A program made the translations under genes and the position numbers. Below are positions 44,500-55,327 of a stretch of 64,000 bases of DNA, in pieces. Within the stretch, counting starts at the first letter, position 1. Every line of letters begins with the position of its first letter. The notes beneath the pieces were generated by a model that saw nothing but the letters and a program-made list of their open reading frames with translations, had not been told where the DNA came from and searched no databases. Origin of the DNA: Escherichia coli (GTDB lineage: Bacteria > Pseudomonadota > Gammaproteobacteria > Enterobacterales > Enterobacteriaceae); the NCBI RefSeq assembly GCF_029227855.1, contig NZ_CP074356.1. The stretch is one strand, 5' to 3'.

Positions 44500-45431
44500 A
44501 ACGCCTCCTGTTCAATATTCAAGCCGCCAAAACGTTGAAAATACAGGCTTCCCGGCGCAGGCAATTCACCGACCGAGGTTTCACCTTTTTCACTAACGAA
44601 CGCTAAAGCAGCAGGCGCTACGCGCTGATAAATGTTGATACACAGCTGACGCGCCGTATGCCCTGCCCAGTGTGCCGGAAGCAACTCCTCCGGCAACAAT
44701 GGGTCTTTAAGGACGACACGGCGATAAAAATGGATCAGTAAAAGCTGAATATGAAATGCCCGCTCCGGGGTTAACTCGTCTGCCGTCTCTTTTAACAGCG
44801 GCACCAGCGGGCGGAATGACTGAATAAAGGTTTCGTACATGGCATTTTGTTCAGTTAAATGCCAGCACTCTTCTACTCTGGCACGCAGTGCTGCGCGAGA
44901 AAGCGCCAGTGGTATTTGCGCTTCAAAACAAATCACGTTATCCGCCACACCCGCTTCATGCAAAAGTGTCTGTACATCGGCCAGTTTTTGCGACGGCGAT
45001 GCCATCAGGCTGGGTGCCAGTGCGCCAAAACCTTGCCAGATCAACTGCTTTTTGACATCAGCCAGCGTCGTTTTATCTAAACCTTCCGAGAGCAACAGGA
45101 GCCATTTACCATCCCATGCAGGTTGCTCTGCGCGATAAATTTTACTTTCTGCCCGTCGCGTCAGGCGCAAGCCTTTATCACTGAGGCTATAGAAACTGCG
45201 TCGCCCGATGCGGGAAACATCCAGCCAGCCTTCTTTATTAAGACGAAACAAAGCGGTGCGCACGAAACGCTCACCAAATCCCAGCCCTTCCAGCAAAGCA
45301 GCCAGACTACCCAGCCAGATTTCACCACCACGATGGGAAAGCGAATCACCATACAGAGAGGAGATCAAAGATGTGCCACTGACAGGAACAGCGTTTACAG
45401 CATGTTGGATAAAAGTATCAAGTTTACTCAT
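44481..45431 (-). CDS. paaX: Phenylacetate catabolon repressor PaaX (316 aa)
   Basis: Recognised sequence; synteny. Confidence 0.95.
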
Positions 45432-45531
45432 TCGATTCAGTCTGTTGTTATTGTTGTGATTTATGAATCATAGCACAGGTCGTATCGACTTCTGGCCCTG
45501 GCGGTTTACCTCACCAGGGCCAGGCGACACG

Positions 45532-46845
45532 TCAGGCACCAACAATATTGCGCAGATCAAACACCCGACACGCCTTGCCTTCTGAACGCGGGATACTGCC
45601 ACAGTTAACGATCATCACATCGGTAGAGATCCCCACCATCGACTTAATCCGATGGCGCAGCTGGTGGCACACCTGGCAACGCTGCTCATGCGTCAATGTC
45701 AGGCTACTTTCTTTCAACTCCACTTTCACAGAAAGTGAATCAAGATGCCCCCGGCGGTTCACCTCCAGTTGGTAATGCGGCGATAAATGTTCGAATTTGA
45801 CAATCTCTTCTTCCAGTTGCGACGGAAAGACATTTACACCGCGAATAATCAACATGTCATCGCTGCGTCCGCTGATGCGATCCATGCGGCGCATAGTCCG
45901 CGCCGTTCCTGGTAACAGTCGGGTTAAATCACGCGTGCGGTAACGAATGACCGGCAATGCTTCTTTGGTCAGCGTGGTGAATAACAGTTCTCCATGTTCA
46001 CCATCGGCAAGCGGTGTGCCGTCATGAGGATTAACAATTTCAGGATAGAAATGATCTTCCCAAATGGTTGGGCCGTCGGTAGTTTCCAGACACTCCATCG
46101 CCACCCCCGGCCCCATCACTTCTGACAGGCCATAAATATCCAGTGCGGTGATCCCCAGGCGACGCTCAATTTCTTTACGCATGGCCTGTGTCCACGGCTC
46201 AGCACCAAACACTCCAACCCGCAGCGAGCAACCGCTGGCATCACCGCCCAACTGCCGCTCCAGCTCTTCAATCAGGTTAAGGCAATAAGATGGCGTAACC
46301 ATGATCATATCTGGTTGAAAATCGCGGATCAGTTGCGCTTGTTTTTCCGTCTGCCCACCAGACATCGGGATCACCGTAGCGCCCAGACGTTCGGCACCAT
46401 AGTGCGCACCCAGCCCACCAGTAAACAGGCCGTAACCATAGGCAACATGAATTTTATCTTTGGGCGTGCCACCTGCCGCACGCAAGGAACGCGCTACTAT
46501 ATTGGCCCAGTTATCAATATCGTTTTGCGTATAGCCAACAACTGTCGGTTTACCTGTTGTTCCCGAAGAAGCATGAATGCGCACCACTTGTTCCATCGGC
46601 ACGGCAAAGGTGTCGAAAGGATAGTTGTCGCGCAGATCCTGTTTGGTGGTACAGGGAAATTTACGCAGGTCAGAAAGTTCCCTGAAATCATCAGGATGTA
46701 CGCCTGCTGCGTCGAATTTGCGCCGATACATCGGGACATTTTCATACGCGTGTTTGAGCGTCCATTTCAGACGCTGTGTTTGCAACGCCTGTAACTCATC
46801 TACAGACGCGGTTTCAATCGGGTCAAGCTTTGTATTGGTTATCAT
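45532..46845 (-). CDS. paaK: Phenylacetate-CoA ligase PaaK (437 aa from ATG 46845)
   Basis: Adenylate-forming enzyme motifs (SSGTTGKPT); internal start MITNTKLDP... matches the K-12 length. Confidence 0.9.
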   Translation of the reverse strand: MITNTKLDPIETASVDELQALQTQRLKWTLKHAYENVPMYRRKFDAAGVHPDDFRELSDLRKFPCTTKQDLRDNYPFDTFAVPMEQVVRIHASSGTTGKPTVVGYTQNDIDNWANIVARSLRAAGGTPKDKIHVAYGYGLFTGGLGAHYGAERLGATVIPMSGGQTEKQAQLIRDFQPDMIMVTPSYCLNLIEELERQLGGDASGCSLRVGVFGAEPWTQAMRKEIERRLGITALDIYGLSEVMGPGVAMECLETTDGPTIWEDHFYPEIVNPHDGTPLADGEHGELLFTTLTKEALPVIRYRTRDLTRLLPGTARTMRRMDRISGRSDDMLIIRGVNVFPSQLEEEIVKFEHLSPHYQLEVNRRGHLDSLSVKVELKESSLTLTHEQRCQVCHQLRHRIKSMVGISTDVMIVNCGSIPRSEGKACRVFDLRNIVGA

Positions 46846-46871
46846 TGTAGGGTACTCGCAGGTTGATATGC

Positions 46872-48077
46872 TCAAACACGCTCCAGGATCATGGCGATGC
46901 CCTGACCGACACCGATGCACATGGTGCACAATGCGTAACGACCGTTACGCCGATGCAGCTCATGGCTGGCAGCCAGTGCCAGGCGGGCACCACTCATTCC
47001 CAACGGATGGCCTAAGGCGATAGCGCCTCCGTTGGGGTTAACATGTGGGGCATCATCAGGTAGCCCCAATTCGCGTAGTACACCCAACGCCTGGGCCGCG
47101 AACGCTTCGTTCAGTTCAATCACGTCCATATCGTGAATACTCAACCCCGCGCGTTCCAGCACCCGACGAGTTGCAGGCACCGGACCAAGCCCCATCAGGC
47201 GCGGTTCCACCCCGGCGGTTGCCATGGCTACGATACGCGCTCGCGGTGTCAGTCCTTGCGCTGCTGCCATCTGTTCACTGGCAATAATCAACGCAGCGGC
47301 TCCATCATTCACCCCGGAGGCATTGCCTGCGGTGATCACTCCATTGGCACGAAATGGTGCTTTTAGTCCACGTAACTGTTCCAGCGTCGTTTCCGGGCGC
47401 AGATGCTCGTCATGTTGTATTTCTGTTACAACACCTTTTTTGTTTTTCAACACAACCGGAACAATCTCTTCAGCTAAAATGCCTGAAGATTGCGCTTTTG
47501 CTGTACGTTGCTGACTGCGTAGCGCAAAACTATCTTGATCTTCTCGCGAGATTTTTAACAGTTCAGCTACATTCTCTGCCGTTTCCGGCATGCTGTCAGT
47601 TCCAAATTGTTGAGCCATGAGCGGGTTCACAAATCGCCAGCCAATAGTGGTATCAAACATCTCAGCCTGACGAGAAAATGCACTGGTTGCCTTGCCCATA
47701 ACAAACGGTGCCCGAGACATTGACTCCACGCCACCAGCGATCAGCAAATCGCCATCGCCCGCTTTAATCGCCCGTGCGGCGAACCCCAGTGCGTCCAGTC
47801 CGGAACCACACAAGCGGTTAATGGTTGTGCCGGAAACACTCTGCGGCAGCCCCGCCAGTAAAGTCGCCATCCGGGCTACGTTACGGTTATCTTCTCCCGC
47901 CTGATTAGCACAGCCGAGGATCACATCATCGATACATTCCGCATCGAGACGCGGGTTTCGCACCAGCAGTTCCCGCAAAGGGATAGCAGCCAGATCATCA
48001 GCCCGAACACCTGATAATGCCCCGCCGTAGCGACCAATTGGCGTACGAATTCCGTCACAGATAAAGGCTTCACGCAT
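46872..48077 (-). CDS. paaJ: 3-oxoadipyl-CoA / 3-oxo-5,6-dehydrosuberyl-CoA thiolase PaaJ (401 aa)
   Basis: Thiolase active-site Cys region (NRLCGSGL) and C-terminal motif in the translation. Confidence 0.95.
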   Translation of the reverse strand: MREAFICDGIRTPIGRYGGALSGVRADDLAAIPLRELLVRNPRLDAECIDDVILGCANQAGEDNRNVARMATLLAGLPQSVSGTTINRLCGSGLDALGFAARAIKAGDGDLLIAGGVESMSRAPFVMGKATSAFSRQAEMFDTTIGWRFVNPLMAQQFGTDSMPETAENVAELLKISREDQDSFALRSQQRTAKAQSSGILAEEIVPVVLKNKKGVVTEIQHDEHLRPETTLEQLRGLKAPFRANGVITAGNASGVNDGAAALIIASEQMAAAQGLTPRARIVAMATAGVEPRLMGLGPVPATRRVLERAGLSIHDMDVIELNEAFAAQALGVLRELGLPDDAPHVNPNGGAIALGHPLGMSGARLALAASHELHRRNGRYALCTMCIGVGQGIAMILERV

Positions 48078-48499
48078 CAGGCTTCTCCTGTAATGGTGCC
48101 GCCGATGCGGTGAGATTTACCGCGAAACAGCGCAACCGTTTTTTGTTGTTGGTTAACAATTTCGATGTCGTAAACACCGGTTTGCTTGCCCTGATGACGT
48201 ACCTGCGCAGTAGCAGTTAAGGTGTCTCCGGCAAAGCCTGGACGCAAAAAATCAATCGTGCAGGCAGAAGCGACGGCTGCCAGCCCCTGGCTATTGCAGG
48301 CGTAGGCAAAGGCAGTATCAGCCAGTGAAAATAGCTGCCCGCCGTGGCAACTTTGATGACCATTAAGCATTTGTGCAGTGACGGTCATGGTCACTACAGC
48401 AAAGCCTTCATCCATTGAGATAATGTCGATGCCAAGCGCTTTGGCGCAGGCATCGTTCTCATACATTGCATGGGCATTTTGCCAGGCCTTATTACTCAT
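48077..48499 (-). CDS. paaI: Hotdog-fold acyl-CoA thioesterase PaaI (140 aa)
   Basis: Hotdog thioesterase fold; internal start MSNKAWQNAHAMYEND... matches the K-12 length. Confidence 0.9.
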   Translation of the reverse strand: MSNKAWQNAHAMYENDACAKALGIDIISMDEGFAVVTMTVTAQMLNGHQSCHGGQLFSLADTAFAYACNSQGLAAVASACTIDFLRPGFAGDTLTATAQVRHQGKQTGVYDIEIVNQQQKTVALFRGKSHRIGGTITGEA

Positions 48500-49916
48500 A
48501 ACCGCTCTCCAGAAGCGCTCGTTGGCGCAGCAATGAACATGGGCGATAGCGTTCTTCGCCATAGTGATGTTGTAGATTTTCCAGGAGCCTTAATATTCGC
48601 TGCCAGCCAAGTTGCGCTCCCCAGGCAAGCGGGCCATATGGATAATTCACCCCAAGACGCATGGCGGTATCGATATCCTGTTCAGAGGCCACGCCTTTTT
48701 GAAGCGCATCAAGGGCTTCATTGATGATCATTGCTACCGTTCGCCAAATCAGCATTCCTGGGTAATCTGCAATTTGCAGCACTGTTTTGCCCTGCTGTTG
48801 CAGGTAATAAATGGCCTTGCGGGTCGCTGAGTCCGGGTTCACCGCTGCCGCAGCAATGGTCACCACCTTGCCCGCCATTTTGTCGACCACTACCACCGGG
48901 CGTGCCAGTCGTATTGCCAGCGCCTGTGCCGTCTCGCCTTGTGTCTCAATCAATAAAACATCGTCAATTTCCGTGACACCGTCACTTTTCTTTTCTACTT
49001 TCATGGGGCTAAAACTGTCGCTTACCGCTTCCAGGCCAACAACTGCCTCACGTTCCGCGCGCCAGTCGTACACGCCCAGCCCACTTTTCTTGCCCAACCG
49101 TCCACCAATCACCAGTTCCTGTTGCACCAGCGAAGGTAAAAAACGACGCTCCTGCCAGAAAGCGTTAAACACCGAACAGGTGACAGCAAAATTGACGTCC
49201 TGACCAATCAGATCGGTTAATTCCAGCGGCCCCATCGGGAAACCAGCGCCATCGCGAAGTGCAGCGTCAATCACTTCTGGTGCAGCAACCTGCTCTTCCA
49301 GTGCCCGCCAGGCCTCGGAATAATAAGGACGCGCAACACGGTTAACGATAAATCCAGGAGTCGAATGACAGCGCACAGGCTGCTTACCCCAACTCAACGT
49401 TAGTTCACACAACTGCTCAACAACTTCCGCTGCCGTTGCCAGCCCACTGACCACCTCCACCAACTTCATCACCGGTGCCGGGTTAAAAAAATGCAGCCCC
49501 GCAACACGTTCAGGATTTTTTACCTCCGCAGCAATCGCGGTTATAGAGATTGACGAAGTGTTAGTGGTCAATAGCGTTTGTGGCGGGCAAACTTCCGCCA
49601 GCTGTGCAAAGAGCGCTTTTTTGACTTCCAGACGTTCAGACGCCGCTTCAATGACCAGGTCCGCAGCTGCCAGCGCGTGAATATCGGTCACCGGGATCAG
49701 GCGTTTCAATGTGCGTTCACAGGTTTCAGCAGTCAGTTTTCCCCGCGTCACTCGTGAATTTAGCCGCGCGTGTATCCCGTCGATTGCGCGGGTCAGCGCT
49801 TCAGCAGAAATGTCATACAGTAAAACCTGATGTCCATGACTGGCGGCAACTTCAGCAATGCCAGCCCCCATGGTGCCGCTCCCAATCACTGCCACAGTTT
49901 GCACATTTATCATCAT
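48492..49916 (-). CDS. paaH: 3-hydroxyadipyl-CoA dehydrogenase PaaH (~474 aa)
   Basis: Rossmann motif VAVIGSGTMGAGIA after the start MMINVQT. Confidence 0.9.
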   Translation of the reverse strand: MMINVQTVAVIGSGTMGAGIAEVAASHGHQVLLYDISAEALTRAIDGIHARLNSRVTRGKLTAETCERTLKRLIPVTDIHALAAADLVIEAASERLEVKKALFAQLAEVCPPQTLLTTNTSSISITAIAAEVKNPERVAGLHFFNPAPVMKLVEVVSGLATAAEVVEQLCELTLSWGKQPVRCHSTPGFIVNRVARPYYSEAWRALEEQVAAPEVIDAALRDGAGFPMGPLELTDLIGQDVNFAVTCSVFNAFWQERRFLPSLVQQELVIGGRLGKKSGLGVYDWRAEREAVVGLEAVSDSFSPMKVEKKSDGVTEIDDVLLIETQGETAQALAIRLARPVVVVDKMAGKVVTIAAAAVNPDSATRKAIYYLQQQGKTVLQIADYPGMLIWRTVAMIINEALDALQKGVASEQDIDTAMRLGVNYPYGPLAWGAQLGWQRILRLLENLQHHYGEERYRPCSLLRQRALLESGYE

Positions 49917-49917
49917 G

Positions 49918-50706
49918 CTATTTCCCCGTGAACTGCGGTGAGCGTTTAGCCAGGAACGCACTGACACCTTCACGATAATCTGCGCTCCGTCCGGCAAGTC
50001 GCTGATAGTCACGTTCCAGATCCAGTTGCGTATCAAGCGTATTGGTTTCAGCGCTATTTATCGCTTGCTTGATAAGTCCAAGACCAAATGTCGGTTGTGT
50101 CGCCAGATGCCGTGCCAGCTGTTGCGCGGTATCTGCCAGCGTTTCATCATCAACAACCTGCCAGATCATCCCCCATTCGTGCGCCTGTTCAGCACTCAGT
50201 TGATTCCCCAGCAGTGCCAGCCCCATGGCGCGCGCTCGTCCGGCAACGCGTGGCAGTAACCAGGTACCACCGCAATCGGGTACCAAACCTAACTTACTAA
50301 ACGCCATGACGAATTTTGCTGAACGGGCAGCAATAACGATATCGCACCCCAGTGCCAGTGTTGCGCCTGCCCCTGCAGCCACGCCATTAACTGCACAGAT
50401 CACCGGTTTTGGCAGTTTTGCCAGGCGACGTACCAGTGGGTTATAGAAACGCTCCACTGACATACCTAAATCCGGTGCGGGGCCTGTGGGATCAACGTTA
50501 CGATCGTTAAGATCCTGACCAGCACAAAATCCACGTCCGGCACCTGTAATTAACAAGCAACGGATAGTGTCGTCGCGCTCGACCTGTTTCAGGCACTCTG
50601 CCAGTTGTGCGTGCATCTCATCATTAAAACTGTTCAGGCGTTCCGGGCGGTTGAGCGTTAGTGTCATCACGCCCTTTTCTACATGACTGAGGATGAATTC
50701 CATCAT
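49918..50706 (-). CDS. paaG: 1,2-epoxyphenylacetyl-CoA isomerase PaaG (crotonase fold), 262 aa
   Basis: Enoyl-CoA hydratase/isomerase fold; synteny. Confidence 0.95.
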   Translation of the reverse strand: MMEFILSHVEKGVMTLTLNRPERLNSFNDEMHAQLAECLKQVERDDTIRCLLITGAGRGFCAGQDLNDRNVDPTGPAPDLGMSVERFYNPLVRRLAKLPKPVICAVNGVAAGAGATLALGCDIVIAARSAKFVMAFSKLGLVPDCGGTWLLPRVAGRARAMGLALLGNQLSAEQAHEWGMIWQVVDDETLADTAQQLARHLATQPTFGLGLIKQAINSAETNTLDTQLDLERDYQRLAGRSADYREGVSAFLAKRSPQFTGK

Positions 50707-51473
50707 TAGCGTCCTTTAAAGTCGGGCGTGCGTTTTTGTAAGAAAGCGGAGATGCCTTCATGACGATCTTCTGTTGCCGCCAGCAAGGTGAATAACTGTC
50801 GCTCCTGGGCAAGTCCGGCTTGCAAAGCCACTTCCTGCGACTGGCGCAGCGCTTGCTTTGCCGCTTGTAAGGCCAGCGGCGAGTGACGTGCCATTTTCGA
50901 CGCCAGCTGTAAGGCGTATTCGAGGGTTAAATCGCTGGGGAAGACGTCGCTAACCAGCCCGGCCTGCTGTGCTTGCTGAGCGGTGATACTTTCTCCGCTC
51001 AGCACCATTTTGCTGGCTAACGATTTACCGACACTACGGATTAAACGTTGCGTTCCGCCTGCGCCAGGCATGATGCCGAGAGTGATTTCCGGCAACCCAA
51101 AACGCGCGTTCTCTCCGGCAACCACCACATCGCACAACAATGCCAGTTCGCAACCCGCACCAAGCGCGTAACCGTTGACGGCTGCGATGAGTGGTTTGTT
51201 AAAGGCCTGCAATCGCGCCCATAGCTGCGGACGTGTATCGTTTAAGGTGGCCGCGAGATCTTTTTCTGCCATTTCGTTGAGATCGGCCCCAGCGGCAAAA
51301 AAGCGTGCATTACCGGTAATCACACAGACCGAAATGCTGGGATCGATAGCCGCAGCTTCCAGCTCATTTACCAGTTGCGTCAGCAGGACATTATTCAGCG
51401 CATTACGTGCGGCAGGACGGTTAAGGGTCAGCAACAATACTCGTTGCTGACGGCTGACGATCAGTTCGCTCAT
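50706..51473 (-). CDS. paaF: 2,3-dehydroadipyl-CoA hydratase PaaF (crotonase fold), 255 aa
   Basis: Enoyl-CoA hydratase fold; synteny. Confidence 0.95.
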   Translation of the reverse strand: MSELIVSRQQRVLLLTLNRPAARNALNNVLLTQLVNELEAAAIDPSISVCVITGNARFFAAGADLNEMAEKDLAATLNDTRPQLWARLQAFNKPLIAAVNGYALGAGCELALLCDVVVAGENARFGLPEITLGIMPGAGGTQRLIRSVGKSLASKMVLSGESITAQQAQQAGLVSDVFPSDLTLEYALQLASKMARHSPLALQAAKQALRQSQEVALQAGLAQERQLFTLLAATEDRHEGISAFLQKRTPDFKGR

Positions 51474-52540
51474 GCCATCCCCTTCGCGTCAAAGTCAACC
51501 ACCACATCGCTGGTCAGCGGCAGTGCCTGGCAACTCAACACATAGCCTGCAGCCAGTTCATCCGGTTCCAGACTGTAATTGGTTTCCATCGCCACTTTGC
51601 CACGCAGCACTTTGCATTTGCAGGTCGCACAGACGCCGCCTTTGCAGGCATAGGGCAGATCAGCCCCCTGGCGCAATGCCGCATCGAGAATGCTTTCATC
51701 GTCGGCATTAAGCACGATTTCCCGATCCCGCCCATCCTGACGCACAGTCACTTTTTGTCCGTCACTTTGCACGTTAACGTTACGTTTGACGCGCGTGCCA
51801 GCCGTATTAAACCGCTCCAGATGAATCGCTTTTTCTGGCATTCCCAGTGCTTTTAAGGCAGCTTCCGCGTCATCCATCATCGCCGCCGGACCACAAATAA
51901 ACGCCTCATCATAAAGACGAAAATTAATGAGCGAGGCCCCAAGTGACTGTAATTTTTCACCGTCAATACGCCCGTGAAGCAGATCGCTGTCGAGAGTTTC
52001 CTGACTGAAAATGCACAACAACTGTAAACGCTGAGGATATTTGTCTTTCAGGTCTGCCAGTGCCTGGCGAAACATCATGCTCTGGCTGGTACGGTTACCG
52101 TAAATCAGAGTGAACTGACTTTCAGGCTCGGTTTGTAAAGTGGTGGCGATAATCGCCAGCATTGGCGTAATACCCGATCCTGCTGCAATAGCCAGATAGC
52201 GGCCCTGGCGTTCGGCCTGTGGCTGATAGCCGAAATGCCCCTGCGGCACCATGACTTCCAGCGTCATCCCCTGGCGGATGTGTTCGCGGGCATAGCGGGA
52301 GAAACGTCCGCCTTCAATGGCTTTCACCGCCACACTAATTTCGCCAGGCAGGTAGCTACGGCAAATGGAGTAACAACGGCGTAATTCTTCACCATTAAGG
52401 CTGGCTTTTAAGGTCAAATGTTGACCGGGACGAAAGCGATACGCCTCCTGCAAAGGCTGGGGTACCGCAAAGGTAATGGTTACCGCATCACGGGTTTCTG
52501 GCTCCACTTTTGCCACCGTTAAGGAATGAAACGTTGTCAT
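51470..52540 (-). CDS. paaE: Phenylacetyl-CoA epoxidase reductase subunit PaaE (356 aa from ATG 52540)
   Basis: Ferredoxin-NADP reductase-like domain plus C-terminal 2Fe-2S ferredoxin motif (CKGGVCATC). Confidence 0.9.
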   Translation of the reverse strand: MTTFHSLTVAKVEPETRDAVTITFAVPQPLQEAYRFRPGQHLTLKASLNGEELRRCYSICRSYLPGEISVAVKAIEGGRFSRYAREHIRQGMTLEVMVPQGHFGYQPQAERQGRYLAIAAGSGITPMLAIIATTLQTEPESQFTLIYGNRTSQSMMFRQALADLKDKYPQRLQLLCIFSQETLDSDLLHGRIDGEKLQSLGASLINFRLYDEAFICGPAAMMDDAEAALKALGMPEKAIHLERFNTAGTRVKRNVNVQSDGQKVTVRQDGRDREIVLNADDESILDAALRQGADLPYACKGGVCATCKCKVLRGKVAMETNYSLEPDELAAGYVLSCQALPLTSDVVVDFDAKGMA

Positions 52541-52547
52541 GGCATCC

Positions 52548-53045
52548 TCAAATACATTTGAAATAATCGAAAGGTTCGCGACAGCTATCGCAGCGATACA
52601 ATGCTTTGCAGGCCGTGGAACCAAATTCACTGATAAGTGTGGTATGGACGCTGGCGCAACGCGGGCAACGTACTTCTGGCGGCAAATGGGCATGGCAACT
52701 GTGTCCGGCGGGCGGGCTAATGCCATACTGTCGCAGACGCTCACGGGCATCGGGGGTCATCCAGTCGGTGGTCCACGCCGGGTCGAGTTGCAGCACAACC
52801 TGAACGGGGGTAAACCCGTTGGTTGTCATTGCCTCACGTATCGCGCCAATCAAATGTTCCGTTGCCGGACAACCGGAATATGTCGGCGTAAAGCCGATCA
52901 CCCATCCTTCTCCCATCTGTGTCACATTACGCACCATGCCTAAATCAGTAATGGTCAGCACCGGGATCTCCGGATCCGGGATCTGGCTGAGTAGCGCCCA
53001 TATCTCATGCACCTGTGGCGGTGCAATGGTGGCCAGACGTTGCAT
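52548..53045 (-). CDS. paaD: Phenylacetyl-CoA epoxidase subunit PaaD (165 aa)
   Basis: Internal start MQRLATIAPPQVHEIW matches the K-12 length; synteny. Confidence 0.9.
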   Translation of the reverse strand: MQRLATIAPPQVHEIWALLSQIPDPEIPVLTITDLGMVRNVTQMGEGWVIGFTPTYSGCPATEHLIGAIREAMTTNGFTPVQVVLQLDPAWTTDWMTPDARERLRQYGISPPAGHSCHAHLPPEVRCPRCASVHTTLISEFGSTACKALYRCDSCREPFDYFKCI

Positions 53046-53059
53046 ACCCATCTCCTCTG

Positions 53060-53806
53060 TTACCATTGCTGACCGGGTAAGACACGCTGGAGATACTGCA
53101 TTTCTGCCACCATGGGTCCAAGGTGTTCGGTATGCAGTCCTTTTTTACCGCCAGTGCGATACGCCTGCTCTTGCGGTACGTTCAATGTGGCTTCGTTGAA
53201 CCCAGCAAAAACTTCGGCTTCCCACGCTGCGCGTAAAGTGCGTGGGTCAACCGCAATACCCTCTTCACTCAGTGCAATATCAATCTCGTCGGCATCGAAC
53301 AGTTCGGCGGTAAAACGCCACAACTTGTTGATGGCCTGCTGCATCTTTTGCCCTGATACGTCAGTACCATTGCCCAGTCGCTCCAGCCAGCCACGACTAA
53401 AACGCAGGTGATAGCGAGCTTCTTTAATTGCTTTGGCAGAAATCGCCGCCAGTTGCGGCTCGCGGCTTTCCATCAGACGGGTAAAGAGCGCCACATGCCA
53501 TGCATCGATGAAATACTGACGTGCAATGGTGTCGGCAAAATTGCCGTTTGGTTGTTCAACCAACAATAAGTTGCTGAACTGGCGCTCGTCTCGGGTGAAG
53601 GCCAGGGTATCTTCATCGCCTTCTCCCGCTAATTCAGCGGCATACGATAAGAAGTTGCGTGCCTGACCTAATAAATCGAGGCCAATGTTTGCCAGTGCGA
53701 GATCGATTTCCAGTTCCGGTGCGTGACCGCACCATTCACCCAACCGCTGGGAGAGCACCAGGCAGTTATCGCCCAGGCGCAAGGTGTAAGCCGTTAACTG
53801 ATTCAT
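53060..53806 (-). CDS. paaC: Phenylacetyl-CoA epoxidase structural subunit PaaC (248 aa)
   Basis: Start MNQLTAYTLRLGDN; synteny. Confidence 0.9.
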   Translation of the reverse strand: MNQLTAYTLRLGDNCLVLSQRLGEWCGHAPELEIDLALANIGLDLLGQARNFLSYAAELAGEGDEDTLAFTRDERQFSNLLLVEQPNGNFADTIARQYFIDAWHVALFTRLMESREPQLAAISAKAIKEARYHLRFSRGWLERLGNGTDVSGQKMQQAINKLWRFTAELFDADEIDIALSEEGIAVDPRTLRAAWEAEVFAGFNEATLNVPQEQAYRTGGKKGLHTEHLGPMVAEMQYLQRVLPGQQW

Positions 53807-53814
53807 TTCCGACC

Positions 53815-54102
53815 TCACATGTGCTCAATGCCATCAGGGATGGTGTAAAACGTTGGATGGCGATAGACCTTGCTTTCAGCCGGATCAAAAAATTCACCGC
53901 GTTCTTCCGGTTGCGAGGCAACAATTTCACTCGCCTTCACCACCCAAATTGAACATCCTTCGCTACGACGGGTATAAGCATCACGGGCATTTTCCAGTGC
54001 CATCCGCTCATCGGCAGCATGTAAACTGCCAACATGGCGGTGTGATAAGCCCTGTTTGCCACGCACGAAAACTTCGTATAACGGCCAGTAAACATTACTC
54101 AT
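53815..54102 (-). CDS. paaB: Phenylacetyl-CoA epoxidase subunit PaaB (95 aa)
   Basis: Recognised sequence; synteny. Confidence 0.95.
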   Translation of the reverse strand: MSNVYWPLYEVFVRGKQGLSHRHVGSLHAADERMALENARDAYTRRSEGCSIWVVKASEIVASQPEERGEFFDPAESKVYRHPTFYTIPDGIEHM

Positions 54103-54113
54103 TTTGAAACTCC

Positions 54114-55043
54114 TTATGCGACCTTACAGGCATGTTGTTTTTGTGCATGGGCCAGCGCAGCTTCCCGTACCCAGGTACCTTCTTCCCAGGCTTTACGTTT
54201 GGCGTCGAGCCGCTCCTGATTACAAATTCCGCGACCGTTTATCACTTCGTTAAACTCCTGCCAGTCGATCTCACCAAAGCGGTAGTGACCGCTTTCAGTA
54301 TCAAAATGCAGATCCGGGTCAGGAACGGTCATACCGAGCATTTCAACCTGTGGAACGGTGTTATCCACGAAACGCTGGCGGAGTTCGTCGTTGGTGAAAC
54401 GTTTGATTTTCCAGGCGAGACTTCTGGCGCTGTTTGGCGAGTTATCATCGTTTGGCCCGAACATCATTAAGGCTGGCCACCAGAAACGGTTAATGGCGTC
54501 TTGCAACATCTGCTTTTGAGCTTCGCTGCCCTGCGCCAGTGCCATGCAGGCTTCAAACCCCTGACGCTGGTGAAAACTCTCTTCTTTGCAGATTTTCACC
54601 ATTGCTCTGGCATACGGGCCATAAGAAGTGCGGCATAACGCCACCTGATTGACGATCGCTGCGCCATCCACCAGCCAGCCGATAACACCGATATCAGCCC
54701 AACTCAATGTCGGATAATTAAAGATGGAGGAATATTTCATCCGTCCGTCGAGCATTTTTTGGTAGATGTCTTCTCTGGCGCAGCCCAGTGTTTCGGCGGC
54801 GCTATAGAGATACAGACCATGACCTGCTTCATCCTGCACTTTGGCCAACAGAATGGCTTTACGCCGTAAGGTTGGTGCGCGAGTGATCCAGTTACCTTCA
54901 GGCAACATACCAACAATCTCGGAGTGCGCATGCTGCCCAATCTGGCGGATCAATGTCTTTCGGTAAGCATCGGGCATCCAGTCCTGCGGCTCGATAGCCG
55001 TTTCCTGGGCTATCCGTTGCTCAAAGCGTTCTTCTTGGGTCAC
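54114..55043 (-). CDS. paaA: Phenylacetyl-CoA 1,2-epoxidase catalytic subunit PaaA (309 aa)
   Basis: Di-iron oxygenase-type ORF; first gene of the paaABCDEFGHIJK operon. Confidence 0.95.
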   Translation of the reverse strand: MTQEERFEQRIAQETAIEPQDWMPDAYRKTLIRQIGQHAHSEIVGMLPEGNWITRAPTLRRKAILLAKVQDEAGHGLYLYSAAETLGCAREDIYQKMLDGRMKYSSIFNYPTLSWADIGVIGWLVDGAAIVNQVALCRTSYGPYARAMVKICKEESFHQRQGFEACMALAQGSEAQKQMLQDAINRFWWPALMMFGPNDDNSPNSARSLAWKIKRFTNDELRQRFVDNTVPQVEMLGMTVPDPDLHFDTESGHYRFGEIDWQEFNEVINGRGICNQERLDAKRKAWEEGTWVREAALAHAQKQHACKVA

Positions 55044-55327
55044 GTCATCACCTTTACGATTCCAGTTTTCATGATTTAATTAAAAACACGAATCACGTAT
55101 TTTTATGAAAGTTACACAATGGTTAACTAAAATCACAAATTTTGTATGTTTGAACTGTGACGAATTTCGCACCCTATTTTTATAAATCATTATTTATCAG
55201 TGCATTAATGTTTTTCGCAGTTGCTATACAGATCGCATAGTTAACATTTCGTTAAAAGACCACTTGCTTTTTATGATTCGCGATTTAACTATTAGCAACA
55301 GAAATGTGAAACATCTGGAGAGTAGCG
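55044..55327. promoter_or_regulatory. Divergent paaA/paaZ control region with PaaX-operator-like TGATTC/GAATCA half-sites
   Basis: AT-rich 284-bp intergenic region; GAATCA at about 55090 and TGATTCGCGAT at about 55274 seen directly; assignment to PaaX is from prior knowledge of the operator. Confidence 0.45.
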